Shown one piece after another: positions 28,951 through 38,542 of a stretch of 48,717 bases of DNA. Origin of the DNA: Acidaminococcaceae bacterium (GTDB lineage: Bacteria > Actinomycetota > Coriobacteriia > Coriobacteriales > QAMH01); the NCBI GenBank assembly GCA_963592385.1, contig CAVAWX010000002.1:1-48717 (forward strand), read 5' to 3'. How positions within the stretch are numbered: position 1 is the first letter of the stretch; each line of letters opens with the position of its first letter. The notes below the pieces were generated by a model that had not been told where the DNA came from, did not search any database, and saw nothing but the letters and a program-made list of their open reading frames with translations. Made by a program: the position numbers and the translations under genes.

Positions 28951-29184
28951 ATGGCCACGCTGGACACGTTGAAGCAGATTCTGCACGACAACCTCGAGGT
29001 CGACCCCGAGACCGTGTCGGAGAGCTCCACGCTCGAATCCCTCGAGCTGGACTCGCTCGACTTGGTGGAGCTGGTCTGCGACCTGGAGGACAAGGAGGGC
29101 ATCGACTTCGGCGAGCCCGAGGGCTTGCAGACCGTGGGCGACATCGTCGCGCACGTCGACGCGCTGAAGGCGCAGCAGGCGTAA
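28951..29184 (+). CDS. Acyl carrier protein-like (phosphopantetheine attachment motif DSLD)
   Basis: 77 aa, very acidic, with LELDSLDLVELVCDLE. Starts 10 nt after the rplQ stop. No fab or pks genes nearby. Confidence 0.8.
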   Translation: MATLDTLKQILHDNLEVDPETVSESSTLESLELDSLDLVELVCDLEDKEGIDFGEPEGLQTVGDIVAHVDALKAQQA

Positions 29185-29228
29185 CGCAAAGCGGGCGGCG
29201 TATTCGCCGCCGCGCATATCTGCCTTGA

Positions 29229-29264
29229 GGGGGCGTGCCGAAAAAAACGGCGCGCCCCTTTTTC
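29229..29264 (+). terminator. Rho-independent terminator closing the alpha operon and ACP unit
   Basis: GGGGCGTGCCG (29230-29240) pairs with CGGCGCGCCCC (29248-29258) with one G-U pair. A7 loop, then TTTTT (29259-29263). Confidence 0.7.
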
Positions 29265-29364
29265 ATCGTCTGGGGCGTCGCGCAGATGCATGCCCGTGCG
29301 CGTACACACGGTAGTGCTATGCTTGCGGGCGGATTTTTCACGACTTTCACTCGAAGGAACGAAC

Positions 29365-30576
29365 ATGTCTGATTTCTTGGAGAACGCGGGCTTTGCGACG
29401 CGCGCGGTGCACGCCGGCGAGATGCGCGGCGACCAGTTCGGGGCGCTCACCACGCCCGTCTACCAGTCGAGCACCTTCCGCTTCGCCGACGTCGACCAGG
29501 GCACCAACCGCTTCAAGGGCACCGAGGACGGCTACATCTACTCGCGCGGCGGCAACCCGACGGTCAACGTGCTGGAGGCAAAGGTCGCGGCCCTCGAGGG
29601 CGGCGCCGGGGCCGTGGCGTGCGCGTCCGGCATGGGCGCCATCGCCTCGGTGGCGTGGACGCTTCTGAAAAGCGGCGACCACATCGTCGTCGGCGACTGC
29701 CTCTACGGATGCTCCGATTTGCTCTTGCGCCAGACCCTGCCGAAGTTCGGCGTGGAGGTCTCGGCGGTGGACACGAGCGACATCGAGGCCGTGAAGGCGG
29801 CGATGCGCCCGAACACGCGCATGGTCTTTTTCGAGACGCCGGACAATCCCCTGATGAAGCTCACCGACATCGCGGCGGTGAAGGAAGTGGCAGGAGACGC
29901 CCTGGTCGTCGTGGACAACACCTTCGCGCCGCCCCCCATCCAGCGCCCCTTCGCGCACGGCGCCGACATCGTCGTCCACTCCGTGACGAAGTACCTGAAC
30001 GGGCATGGCGACGTGATCGGCGGCGTCGTCGTGGCAAACGACGAGGACCATCTGAAAGACCTGCGGGCGCTGGGGATGTCGAAGCTCACGGGCTCGGTGT
30101 GCGCGCCCACCGACGCGTACCTGACCATACGCGGCTTGCAGACCCTCGAGATGCGCCTCGCGCGCCACTGCGCCAACGCGCGCGCGGTGGCCGAGTACCT
30201 CGCGGGCAAAGAGGAAGTCGCCCGCGTGCTCTATCCGGGGCTGCCCGGTTTCCCGCACAACGACATCGTGGAGCGGCAGATGAACGGCATGGGCACCGGC
30301 ATGCTGTCCTTCGAGCTGAAAGAGGACATCGGCGGAACTTCCGGCCTCGAGGCGGCCAAGACGCTTCTGAACAACGTGCGCGTCGTGCAGCTCGCCGTCT
30401 CGCTGGGCGACCCGTTCTCGCTGATCGAGCACCCCTTCGACATGACGCACGCCATCGTGCCCGAAGAGGTCAAGCGCGCAAACGGCATCACGCCCGAGCT
30501 CGTGCGCTTCTCCGCGGGCCTCGAGGACGCCGAGGACCTGATCGCCGACTTCGAGCAGGCCTTCGCGCGGATCTGA
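29365..30576 (+). CDS. megL: Methionine gamma-lyase (Cys/Met-metabolism PLP enzyme family)
   Basis: 403 aa. Close by-eye match to the remembered P. putida MGL sequence, including GFATRAVHAG, the MGL-typical LYGC motif (DCLYGCS) and the PLP lysine context HSVTKYLNGHGD. Confusion with a related family member is possible. Confidence 0.8.
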   Translation: MSDFLENAGFATRAVHAGEMRGDQFGALTTPVYQSSTFRFADVDQGTNRFKGTEDGYIYSRGGNPTVNVLEAKVAALEGGAGAVACASGMGAIASVAWTLLKSGDHIVVGDCLYGCSDLLLRQTLPKFGVEVSAVDTSDIEAVKAAMRPNTRMVFFETPDNPLMKLTDIAAVKEVAGDALVVVDNTFAPPPIQRPFAHGADIVVHSVTKYLNGHGDVIGGVVVANDEDHLKDLRALGMSKLTGSVCAPTDAYLTIRGLQTLEMRLARHCANARAVAEYLAGKEEVARVLYPGLPGFPHNDIVERQMNGMGTGMLSFELKEDIGGTSGLEAAKTLLNNVRVVQLAVSLGDPFSLIEHPFDMTHAIVPEEVKRANGITPELVRFSAGLEDAEDLIADFEQAFARI

Positions 30577-30604
30577 CGCGCCCGCACCTGCCTTCGGTTT
30601 CACG

Positions 30605-31984
30605 ATGAACGAAAAACTGCCGCGCGAGAGCTCGGGGGCGGCGAAAGAGAAAAACGAGCTGCTCGAGACGATGCCCGTGCGCCGCGCATTCATGCGCCTC
30701 GTGGTGCCCGCCATCGTGGCGCAGCTCGTAAACATCGCCTACAACCTCATGGACAAGATGTTCATCGGGCGCATGACCGACGCCGGACCGGAGGCGCTCG
30801 CGGGCATCGGCGTGACGACCCCCATCGTCCTCGCCATCTCGACCTTCGCCGCGCTCGTCAGCATGGGCGGCGCGCCGAAAGCCTCCATCTTCATGGGCAA
30901 GGGCGACACGGACACGGCCGAGCGCGTCATGGGCAGCTGCACCTGGCTGCTCATCGCGCTCTCCATCGTGCTCACCGCCGTGATGCTGGTCTTCGGCGAG
31001 CCGGTGTGCCGGCTGTTCGGCGCAAGCGACGAGACCGTCGGATACGCCGTCTCGTTCATGCACATCTATTGCCTGGGCACGCTGTTTTCCCAGCTCACGC
31101 TCGGGCTCAACGCCTTCATCGCCGCGCAGGGCAAGACCCTTGTGGCCATGACCAGCGTCATCATCGGCGCGGCGCTCAACATCGTGCTCGACCCCATGTT
31201 CATCCTCGTCTTCCACTTCGGCGTGCAGGGCGCGGCGCTCGGCACCGTCGTCGGCCAGGGCATCTCGGCGTGTTTCGTCGTCTGCTATCTCGCCTCGTCG
31301 AAGACCAAGCTGAAGCTGCGCCCGCGCAACATCCGCTTCGACGCCAAGCTCTTAGGGCCGTGCATCCTGCTCGGCACCTCGCCTGCCCTCATGCAGCTGA
31401 CGGAAAACCTCGTCGCCATCAGCTTCAACACCTCGCTGCAGGCGCACGGCGGCGACATCGCGGTGGCTTCCATGACCATACTCACGAGCGTCATGCAGTT
31501 CACCATGCTGCTGCTGCCGGGCCTCGTGCAAGGGGCGCAGGCGCTGCTCAGCTACAACCTCGGCGCCGAGAACATCCCCCGCGTGAAGAGCACGTTTCGG
31601 CTCCTGCTGGTCTCGTGCGTGACGGGCTCGTTTCTGATCTGGCTGTTGTGCATGGTCGCGCCGGGGCTCGTGGCCTCGGTGTTCACGAGCGACGCCAGCT
31701 TGATCGCCTACACCGAGGGCAGCATGCGCATATACCTGGCCACGCTGCTGATCTACGGCGTGCAGGTGGCCTGCCAGTGCAGCTTCGTGGCGCTCGACCA
31801 GGCCAAAAAGGCGATTTTTTTGACCATCTGGCGCAAGATCGTGCTGCTCATCCCCCTCATCTTCATCCTGCCGCATCTCGTGCCCGACGCCGCGACGGGC
31901 GTCTATCTGGCCGAGCCCATCGCCGACACGATCGCGGTGTGCACCACGGCGTCGATGTTCTGGCGCTACTACCGCAGGCTGTAG
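30605..31984 (+). CDS. MATE family efflux transporter
   Basis: 459 aa, about 12 hydrophobic segments. MATE-like N-terminus (PAIVAQLVNIAYNLMDKMFIGR). Confidence 0.85.
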   Translation: MNEKLPRESSGAAKEKNELLETMPVRRAFMRLVVPAIVAQLVNIAYNLMDKMFIGRMTDAGPEALAGIGVTTPIVLAISTFAALVSMGGAPKASIFMGKGDTDTAERVMGSCTWLLIALSIVLTAVMLVFGEPVCRLFGASDETVGYAVSFMHIYCLGTLFSQLTLGLNAFIAAQGKTLVAMTSVIIGAALNIVLDPMFILVFHFGVQGAALGTVVGQGISACFVVCYLASSKTKLKLRPRNIRFDAKLLGPCILLGTSPALMQLTENLVAISFNTSLQAHGGDIAVASMTILTSVMQFTMLLLPGLVQGAQALLSYNLGAENIPRVKSTFRLLLVSCVTGSFLIWLLCMVAPGLVASVFTSDASLIAYTEGSMRIYLATLLIYGVQVACQCSFVALDQAKKAIFLTIWRKIVLLIPLIFILPHLVPDAATGVYLAEPIADTIAVCTTASMFWRYYRRL

Positions 31985-32131
31985 CGAAACGCGGGACGTG
32001 GCGCGACGGCGCGGTCTGCGGCGGTCTGCGGCGGCGTGTGTCGTTTGCGTTGCATGCGCTGCATCCGACTTCTTTTTGAAACACGCTCCCGCTACAATTG
32101 CCCACCGCAGAATCGAATCAGGAGGTTTTTC

Positions 32132-32992
32132 GTGAACAAGGTAAACGGGAAGACGGCGCTGCTTTGGCGCATCGCCTGCACGCTGTGCGCTGCGGGCCTC
32201 GTCGCGGCCGTCTCGGTGGCGGCGCTCGGCTGCGCGGGCGGCTCGGGCAGCTCCAACGACCCGGCCGAGTCCAAGACCATACGCATAGGGATCAAGGGCG
32301 ACTTCGCCGGCATCCTCGACTCGGTCACGCCGAAGATCGAGGCGCTGGGCTACAAGATCGAGCGCGTGATGTTCGACGACTTCGTGCAGCCCGACAACGC
32401 GCTCAAAGAAGGCTCCATCGACATCAACTGGCTGCAGCACGAGCCCTACATGGACGCCTACAACGCCTCGAACGGCACGGATCTCGTCATGGTCGAGCCC
32501 AAGAGCATCTACAACGTCTTCGGCTTCTACTCGTCGAAGTGGTCGAGCATCGACCAGATCCCCAACGGCGCGACCATCTGCCTGTGCAACGACCCGTCCA
32601 ACAAGATGCGCGGGCTGGGGCTGCTCGAGAAGAACGGGCTGATAAAGCTGAAGGAGGGCGTCGCCTCGCCGACCCAGTACGACATCGAGGAAAATCCTAA
32701 GAACCTGCAGTTCATCGAGGCCGAGATCTCGATGGTGCCCAAGTCCATCGACGACTGCGACGGCGTGGCGGTGGCCGGCCTGCAGATGCTGAACGCCAAC
32801 CTCGACCCGGGTTCGTACATGTTCTGCTCCGACGACGCGGACAACAAGGAGTACGCGATCGGTTTCGTCGTCGCGGGCAAGAACAAGGACGCGCAGTGGG
32901 CGAAGGACATCGCCAGCGTGGTGCAATGCGACGAGCTGGTCGAGTTTTTGGCCGCGAACAAGAAGGGCTCCCAGCTTCCCGCGTGGAAGTAG
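32132..32992 (+). CDS. metQ: Methionine ABC transporter substrate-binding lipoprotein MetQ/NlpA family
   Basis: AGGAGG SD lies 6 nt before GTG 32132. Signal peptide with lipobox AALGC. NlpA-family body. Followed by metN and metI. Confidence 0.88.
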   Translation: MNKVNGKTALLWRIACTLCAAGLVAAVSVAALGCAGGSGSSNDPAESKTIRIGIKGDFAGILDSVTPKIEALGYKIERVMFDDFVQPDNALKEGSIDINWLQHEPYMDAYNASNGTDLVMVEPKSIYNVFGFYSSKWSSIDQIPNGATICLCNDPSNKMRGLGLLEKNGLIKLKEGVASPTQYDIEENPKNLQFIEAEISMVPKSIDDCDGVAVAGLQMLNANLDPGSYMFCSDDADNKEYAIGFVVAGKNKDAQWAKDIASVVQCDELVEFLAANKKGSQLPAWK

Positions 32993-33118
32993 GGAAGCAG
33001 CAGGCGCGGCAAGCCGGCGGGCGCGAGAGGCGCAACCGACAGGACAAGGCGCGAGAAGCGCGAAACGATGCGACAAGCGCGGCGCGGGAAAAAGACGCAG
33101 GACAAAGAAGGCACGGGC

Positions 33119-34168
33119 ATGATCGAGATTTGCGGGCTGGGCAAGACCTGGGACGACGGCACCAGGGTGCTCGACGACATCAACCTCTCCATCGACGACG
33201 GGGAGGTCTACGCCATCGTCGGGCGCTCCGGCGCGGGCAAGTCCACGCTGCTGCGCTGCATCAACGGGCTGACCGGCTACCAGGAAGGCTCGCTCAAGGT
33301 GGACGGCCGCGAGGTGGGGGAGCTTTCCGAGGGGCAGCTGCGCGAGCTGCGCCGCGAGATGGGCATGGTCTTCCAGCACTTCTCGCTGCTGGAACGCGCG
33401 ACGGTGTTTCAAAACGTCGCCCTGCCGATGAAGTGCTGGGGCTACAAGAAGCCCGAGATCGAGAAGAAGGTCACGGGGCTGCTGAAGCTCGTCGGGCTCG
33501 AAGACCGCGCCGACGCCCGCCCGCGCAACCTCTCCGGCGGCCAGAAGCAGCGCGTCGCCATTGCGCGCGCGCTCACCATGGACCCCAAGTTCATCCTCTC
33601 CGACGAGGCCACGAGCGCGCTCGACCCCAAGACGACGGGCTCGATACTGGACCTGTTCATGGAGATCAACGAGAAGCTGGGCATCACCGTCGTCTTCGTG
33701 ACGCACCAGATGGAGGTCGTGCGCGCGGTCTGCCAGCGGGCATGCGTGCTCGAAGACGGGCGCATCGCCTCGGCGGGCACGGTGGAAGACATCTTCATCG
33801 AGCGGCCCGAGGCGCTGGGGCGGCTTTTGGGCGAGCACGAGAAGGACTTGCCGACGTCCGGCCACAACATCCAGATCGCCTACCGCATCCGCGACGTCGC
33901 CGACGGGCAGCTTCTGGCCGCCATGTCCAAGGAGCTCGACTACCTGCTGCCCGTGCTCGACGGCCAGATCCTCGAGTACCGCGGCGAGCGCATGGGCATC
34001 TTCGTCGTGAACGTCGACGACGCGCATTTCGAGGCCGCATGCCGCTACCTCGACGGGCGCGGCGTCGATTGGAAGAAGCTGGGGCGCGGCGGCGTGGACG
34101 TGGGCGGCCACAGCGATGCGGACGGACGTGCCGGCGCCCGCAGCGGCAGCGCGGGAAGGGGGGAGTAG
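33119..34168 (+). CDS. metN: Methionine ABC transporter ATP-binding protein MetN
   Basis: Walker A GRSGAGKST, signature LSGGQKQRVAIARAL, Walker B FILSDEATSALD, and a C-terminal NIL-like domain. Confidence 0.92.
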   Translation: MIEICGLGKTWDDGTRVLDDINLSIDDGEVYAIVGRSGAGKSTLLRCINGLTGYQEGSLKVDGREVGELSEGQLRELRREMGMVFQHFSLLERATVFQNVALPMKCWGYKKPEIEKKVTGLLKLVGLEDRADARPRNLSGGQKQRVAIARALTMDPKFILSDEATSALDPKTTGSILDLFMEINEKLGITVVFVTHQMEVVRAVCQRACVLEDGRIASAGTVEDIFIERPEALGRLLGEHEKDLPTSGHNIQIAYRIRDVADGQLLAAMSKELDYLLPVLDGQILEYRGERMGIFVVNVDDAHFEAACRYLDGRGVDWKKLGRGGVDVGGHSDADGRAGARSGSAGRGE

Positions 34169-34170
34169 CG

Positions 34171-34839
34171 ATGGTCTTGGAAAACTACACCCTGCTCGAG
34201 ATCTTCCAGATGCTCATCCTGCCCGCCGTCGGCGTCACGCTGAAGATGGTGTTTCTGTCGGGGCTGTTCGCCACGGTGCTGGGCTTTGCCATCGGCATCG
34301 TGCTCGTCGTCACGGAAAAGGGCGGCCTGTGCGAGAACGCCGTCATCTACAAGGTGCTCAACGTCGTGGTGAACATCGTGCGCTCGTTCCCGTTCATCAT
34401 ATTGATGATCTCGATCATCCCCTTCACCCGCCTGATCGTGGGCACCTCGATCGGCGACACGGCCGCGCTCGTGCCGCTGACCGTGGCCGCCGCGCCCTTC
34501 ATCGGGCGCATCATCCAAAACGCGCTGAAGGAGGTGGACGCGGGGCTGGTCGAGGCGGCGCGCTCGTTTGGGGCGTCGCGCGTGCAGATCGTGTTTCGCG
34601 TCATGTTGAAGGAGGCGGTGCCGGCCATCGTCTCGGGGCTGACGCTGGCCGTGATCAACCTGCTCAGCTGCTCTGCGATGGCGGGCGCCATCGGCGCGGG
34701 CGGCCTGGGCGCGGTGGCGCTGATCTACGGCTACCAGAACTTCAACGAGACCATCATGTACAGCATATGCGCGATTCTCATCGTGCTGGTGGCGCTCCTG
34801 CAGTTCCTCGGCGATTTCCTCTACAAGAAGCTGAAGTAG
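34171..34839 (+). CDS. metI: Methionine ABC transporter permease MetI
   Basis: 222 aa, 5-6 TM segments. EAA-like loop (EAARSFGASRVQIVFRVMLKEAVPAI). Confidence 0.9.
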   Translation: MVLENYTLLEIFQMLILPAVGVTLKMVFLSGLFATVLGFAIGIVLVVTEKGGLCENAVIYKVLNVVVNIVRSFPFIILMISIIPFTRLIVGTSIGDTAALVPLTVAAAPFIGRIIQNALKEVDAGLVEAARSFGASRVQIVFRVMLKEAVPAIVSGLTLAVINLLSCSAMAGAIGAGGLGAVALIYGYQNFNETIMYSICAILIVLVALLQFLGDFLYKKLK

Positions 34840-34992
34840 CGCCCGCCGCCTCGCCGCCTCGCCGCGCGCAGTCCTCGGCGTCCACAGCCGTCCTTTGCGG
34901 CGAGTGGTTCGCGTCGGATGGCGTTGAGTTGTTGCTCAGTCAGGGTCTAGGCAGTGCGAGGCCGAAGGTTTTGCCAGGGATTGAGTTGGCGC

Positions 34993-35856
34993 TCAGGCCG
35001 CGGGTTCGGTCAGGGCCGCTTGGAGCCGGGCGCGTGCGTGCGCGTCGATGCCCAGCTGATGCGCGATGAAGGGATCCATCCCGCCGTAGCGTCTGTCCAC
35101 TTCACCATAGAAGGCGCCGATGTTTTGAGGGGAGGCGCGGTGCGAGTCGCACAGCTCGCGCGCCCGCGTCTCGTCGCCTCCGCACAGGCGCAAGAAGCGC
35201 TCGTAGGTGCCCTGGATGTGCGCGTCGCGCGAGGCGTTCGTGGCCAGGTAGTCGGCCAGCACCGCGTGGCGGTCCGCCCCCAGCACCTCCAGCGCCAGCG
35301 CCGCGAGTATGCCCGCGCGGTCCTTGCCGCCCGTGCAGTGCAGGTAGACGGGGGTGCCCGCCGCCGCGCGGGTGAAGAGCACGTCCAGGCCGCGCGCCAT
35401 CTGGGCGACGGTGGCCGGGTTGGCCGTGGAGCGGTAGAAGTCGGGCTGGTCGCAGGCGAAGTCGTGGCCGATCCGCACGGTGCCCGGCAGCTTCTTCGTG
35501 TACTCGAGCCCCACGATGTCCTTGTCGTAGAAGGGGATGTGCAGGTTTTCGACGCCCGCGATGTCCGGGTCGGGCTTCGCGGCGCGTTCCCAGCCGCAGC
35601 GCAGGTCGACGACGCACTTCACCCCGAGGGTGCCGAAGAGCATGTCGAGGTCTGCCGCGCTCGCGCCGAAAAGCGCCGCGCCCCGAAAGAGCAGGCCGCG
35701 CTTCACGCGCCGGGCGCCGCCTGCAGGCGTGCCGCCCAGTTCACGAAGCTCGCCGTCGCCCGCGCTCTCGCCGCCCGTCCCGCACAGCGCAGCCACAGGC
35801 GTCCCGCCCAAATCGCGCACGTTGCGCACGCACTCGAAGTGTATGGTCTCAGACAC
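34993..35856 (-). CDS. Protein tyrosine/serine phosphatase (Y_phosphatase3-like)
   Basis: CX5R active site HCTGGKDRAG and the N-terminal NVRDLGG motif. GTG start preceded by AAGGGG. Confidence 0.85.
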   Translation of the reverse strand: MSETIHFECVRNVRDLGGTPVAALCGTGGESAGDGELRELGGTPAGGARRVKRGLLFRGAALFGASAADLDMLFGTLGVKCVVDLRCGWERAAKPDPDIAGVENLHIPFYDKDIVGLEYTKKLPGTVRIGHDFACDQPDFYRSTANPATVAQMARGLDVLFTRAAAGTPVYLHCTGGKDRAGILAALALEVLGADRHAVLADYLATNASRDAHIQGTYERFLRLCGGDETRARELCDSHRASPQNIGAFYGEVDRRYGGMDPFIAHQLGIDAHARARLQAALTEPAA

Positions 35857-35868
35857 GAAAGCGCCCCT

Positions 35869-38535
35869 TCACCCTATCCCGAGCTCTTCGGCAAAGCCCA
35901 CGCGGTAGTCGGAAAAGACGACGCTGCCCTCTTCCTGCGTCGCGTCCAGGTCCACGTCGCCGGCGATGCCGAAATCGTCGTCGCCGTCGGCGTCGTGGAC
36001 CATCTGCCGCACGTGCCAGACGTGGGCGCTCTTCTCGTCGGCCTCGTCGATGCTCAGATAGCGCGCCGAGCGGGCATCCCCGTCGAGCAGCACCTCGTCG
36101 TGGGCCTCGTAGAACTCGTCGAGCGCCGCCGTCCACGCCGCCTGCCCGAAGTGCATGTCCTCGTCCATGTCGGCCAGCGCCTTCGCGTCGCCGCGGGCCA
36201 TCTGCACCACGCGCGCGAACAGGGCGTTGCGCACGAGCAGCTGCACGGCCCGCCTGTCGCGCACCACGACGTCGGCCGCCTGCGGCGCGGCCAGCTCGGC
36301 CCCGGCGCCGTCGCCCTCTTCACCGCTCCCAAGCCCTGCCCACTCGTCGAGCAGGCTCGAGTCCGTGGTGCGCACGACCAGCCCCAGCCACTCGACGATC
36401 TCGTCCAAGCGCTCGTCGTAGGCGGCGTCCGGCACGGTCTTGTCGAGCACGCGCCACGCGTCCGACAGGTAGCGCAGCAGCGTGCCCTCCGAGCGGGCGA
36501 TGCCCAGCCGCGCGATGTAGCCCTTGAAGTCGCTCGCGCTTTCCACCATGTCGCGCAGGATGGATTTGCAGCTCAGGGTGAAATCGGCGGCCCAGGGCAC
36601 CTTCTCGCAGTAGGTGGCAAACGCCGGCTCCAGCAGCTCGGCCAGCGGCTGGGGGTGCTCGACCTCCTGCAGGCGCTCGATGCGCTCGTCGTAGTCCAGC
36701 CCCTCGGCCTTCATCTCCGCCATCGCGCGGTCGCGCTCCTGGCGCTGCTGCGCCCGCAGGATCTGCCAGGGGTCCTCGAGCGTGGCCTCCACCATCGAGA
36801 TCAGGTCGAGCGCGTAGTCGTCGTCTTCGCGGTCGAGCAGCTCGATCGCCGCCAGCAGGAAGGGCGACAGCGGCTGGTCGAGGGCCAGGTTGTCCGGCAT
36901 CTCGCAGGTCAGCTGGTAGTACATGCCCTCCTCGTCGCAGCCCTCCTCGACGACGCCGGCGGCCATGAGCGTGGCGAAGACCTCGGCGGCGCGCGTGTGC
37001 AGGCGCTCCTTTTCGCCCGGCTCCTGCGCGGAGTCGTCGATGAGCTTGTCCACGCGCGCGCGGGCGTCGCCGCCTTGGATCACCTCGTTTAACACCATGG
37101 AGTGGCTCACGCGCATGTGGGGGCGCAAGGTCTCGGGCGCGCTGTCCACGAGCTGCTCGAAGTGCTGGCGGTTCCAGGCCACGAATCCCTTCGGCGGCGT
37201 CTTCACCTTTGCCTTGCGCGCCTTCTTCGCGTCGCCGCCGGCCTTCGTCAGCGCCCGCGCCCGCTCGATGTCGTATTCGGTGGCCTCGCACACGACGCGC
37301 CCCGTGGCGTCGAAGCCGCTGCGGCCCGCGCGCCCCGCGATCTGGTGGAACTCGCGCGCGTTCAGGCGGCGCGTGCGGCGCCCGTCGTATTTGGCCAGCG
37401 CCGTCAGGAGCACGGTGTGGATGGGCACGTTGATCCCGACGCCCAAGGTGTCGGTCCCGCATATGACGGGTAAAAGGCCCTGCTGCGCGAGCTTTTCGAC
37501 GAGCAGGCGGTAGCGCGGCAGCATGCCGGCGTGGTGGATGCCGACGCCGCAGACGAGCAGGCGGCGCAGCGCCTTGCCGAAGGCCGTGGAGAAGCGCACG
37601 CCCGCGATCGCCTCCTTCACCCGCTCGCGCTGCTCCTTGCTCGACACGCCGTAGCTCGCAAGCGCCTGGGCGCTCTTGTAGGCCGCGTCCTGGGCGAAGT
37701 GCACGATGTAGATGGGGCTCGCGCCGCTCCGCAGCTCCAGCTCGACCGTGGCCTCGAGGGCCGTCTCGACGAACTCGTACTCGAGGGGGACGGGGCGCTC
37801 GGCTTCGGCCACCGTCTCCACGTGCCGGCCCGTGCGCGCGGCCAGCGACTCGGCGATGGCGCTCGTGTCGCCCAGGGTGGCGCTCATCAGCAGGAACTGC
37901 GCGTGCGGCAAGGCGAGCAGCGGCACCTGCCAGGCCCAGCCGCGCTGCGCGTCGCCGTAGTAGTGGAACTCGTCCATGACGACGCAGCCGATGTCGGCGT
38001 CGGCGCCCAGGCGCAGCGCGTCGTTTGCGAGGATCTCGGCCGTGCAGCAGATGACGGGCGCGTCCGTGTTCACCGCCACGTCGCCGGTGATCATGCCGAC
38101 GTTGTCGCGGCCGAGCACGCGCACCATGTCGAAGAACTTCTCGGAGACGAGCGCCTTGATGGGGGCGGTGTAGTAGGCGCGGCGGCCCGTGCATATGGCG
38201 GTGAAGCACAGGCCCAGCGCGACGAGCGACTTGCCCGAGCCGGTGGGCGTGCCGAGTATGACGTGGTCGCCGGCGGCAAGCGAGAGCAGCGCGTCTTCCT
38301 GGTGGGCCCACAGCTTCGTGCCGCGCGCCTCGACCCAGCCCAAGAAGAGGTCGAGGGCCTCGTCGGCGGGAATGTCCGGCCAGGCGTTCGGGTCGGCCGG
38401 CCAGGGGATGAGCGCGCCCAGGTCGGCCGGGGTGCCCGCGTCTGCCGCGCCCGCGTTGTCGCCGCCTTCTTTGCCCGCGTTTTCTTCGGCAGCGTCCACC
38501 TGCGCCTCTTCCCGCTCTGTCGTCTCGCGTTCCAT
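35869..38535 (-). CDS. Ski2-like DExH-box helicase, probably with a DUF3516-type C-terminal region
   Basis: 888 aa. Motif I GTPTGSGKS, Ia YTAPIKALVSEKF, II DEFH, III SAT, VI QIAGRAGRSG. Confidence 0.88.
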   Translation of the reverse strand: MERETTEREEAQVDAAEENAGKEGGDNAGAADAGTPADLGALIPWPADPNAWPDIPADEALDLFLGWVEARGTKLWAHQEDALLSLAAGDHVILGTPTGSGKSLVALGLCFTAICTGRRAYYTAPIKALVSEKFFDMVRVLGRDNVGMITGDVAVNTDAPVICCTAEILANDALRLGADADIGCVVMDEFHYYGDAQRGWAWQVPLLALPHAQFLLMSATLGDTSAIAESLAARTGRHVETVAEAERPVPLEYEFVETALEATVELELRSGASPIYIVHFAQDAAYKSAQALASYGVSSKEQRERVKEAIAGVRFSTAFGKALRRLLVCGVGIHHAGMLPRYRLLVEKLAQQGLLPVICGTDTLGVGINVPIHTVLLTALAKYDGRRTRRLNAREFHQIAGRAGRSGFDATGRVVCEATEYDIERARALTKAGGDAKKARKAKVKTPPKGFVAWNRQHFEQLVDSAPETLRPHMRVSHSMVLNEVIQGGDARARVDKLIDDSAQEPGEKERLHTRAAEVFATLMAAGVVEEGCDEEGMYYQLTCEMPDNLALDQPLSPFLLAAIELLDREDDDYALDLISMVEATLEDPWQILRAQQRQERDRAMAEMKAEGLDYDERIERLQEVEHPQPLAELLEPAFATYCEKVPWAADFTLSCKSILRDMVESASDFKGYIARLGIARSEGTLLRYLSDAWRVLDKTVPDAAYDERLDEIVEWLGLVVRTTDSSLLDEWAGLGSGEEGDGAGAELAAPQAADVVVRDRRAVQLLVRNALFARVVQMARGDAKALADMDEDMHFGQAAWTAALDEFYEAHDEVLLDGDARSARYLSIDEADEKSAHVWHVRQMVHDADGDDDFGIAGDVDLDATQEEGSVVFSDYRVGFAEELGIG

Positions 38536-38542
38536 GCGGGCG

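Noticed and set aside
29185-29364. SAM riboswitch or T-box leader upstream of the methionine gamma-lyase gene, and upstream of metQ at 31985-32131.
   Set aside because: No characteristic conserved cores are visible. This needs a covariance-model scan to be definitive.
32011-32030. Short tandem direct repeats (GCGGTCTGCG x2 here, GCGCGTGTCC x2 at 45666-45685), checked as possible CRISPR or iteron arrays.
   Set aside because: There are only two 10-bp units with no spacers, and no cas genes are present. These are not CRISPR.
34920-35010. Direct repeat TTGAGTTG..GCTCAG…TCAGGG (about 34924 and about 34981) between metI and the phosphatase 3' end.
   Set aside because: The repeat is short and imperfect. 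One copy overlaps the phosphatase stop codon. It is probably chance or a weak terminator-like element.
35861-35874. Recurrent GGGTGAAGGGG(C/A)GC-like motif at gene junctions and in intergenic DNA (35861-35874, about 43385-43398, about 45564-45578, about 47053-47095, 48140-48152). I considered it as a REP-like element.
   Set aside because: At the gene junctions it resolves into a TGA stop followed by an AAGGGG Shine-Dalgarno for the next gene, or into part of a GC hairpin between convergent genes. The copies are too short and heterogeneous to call a repeat family by eye.
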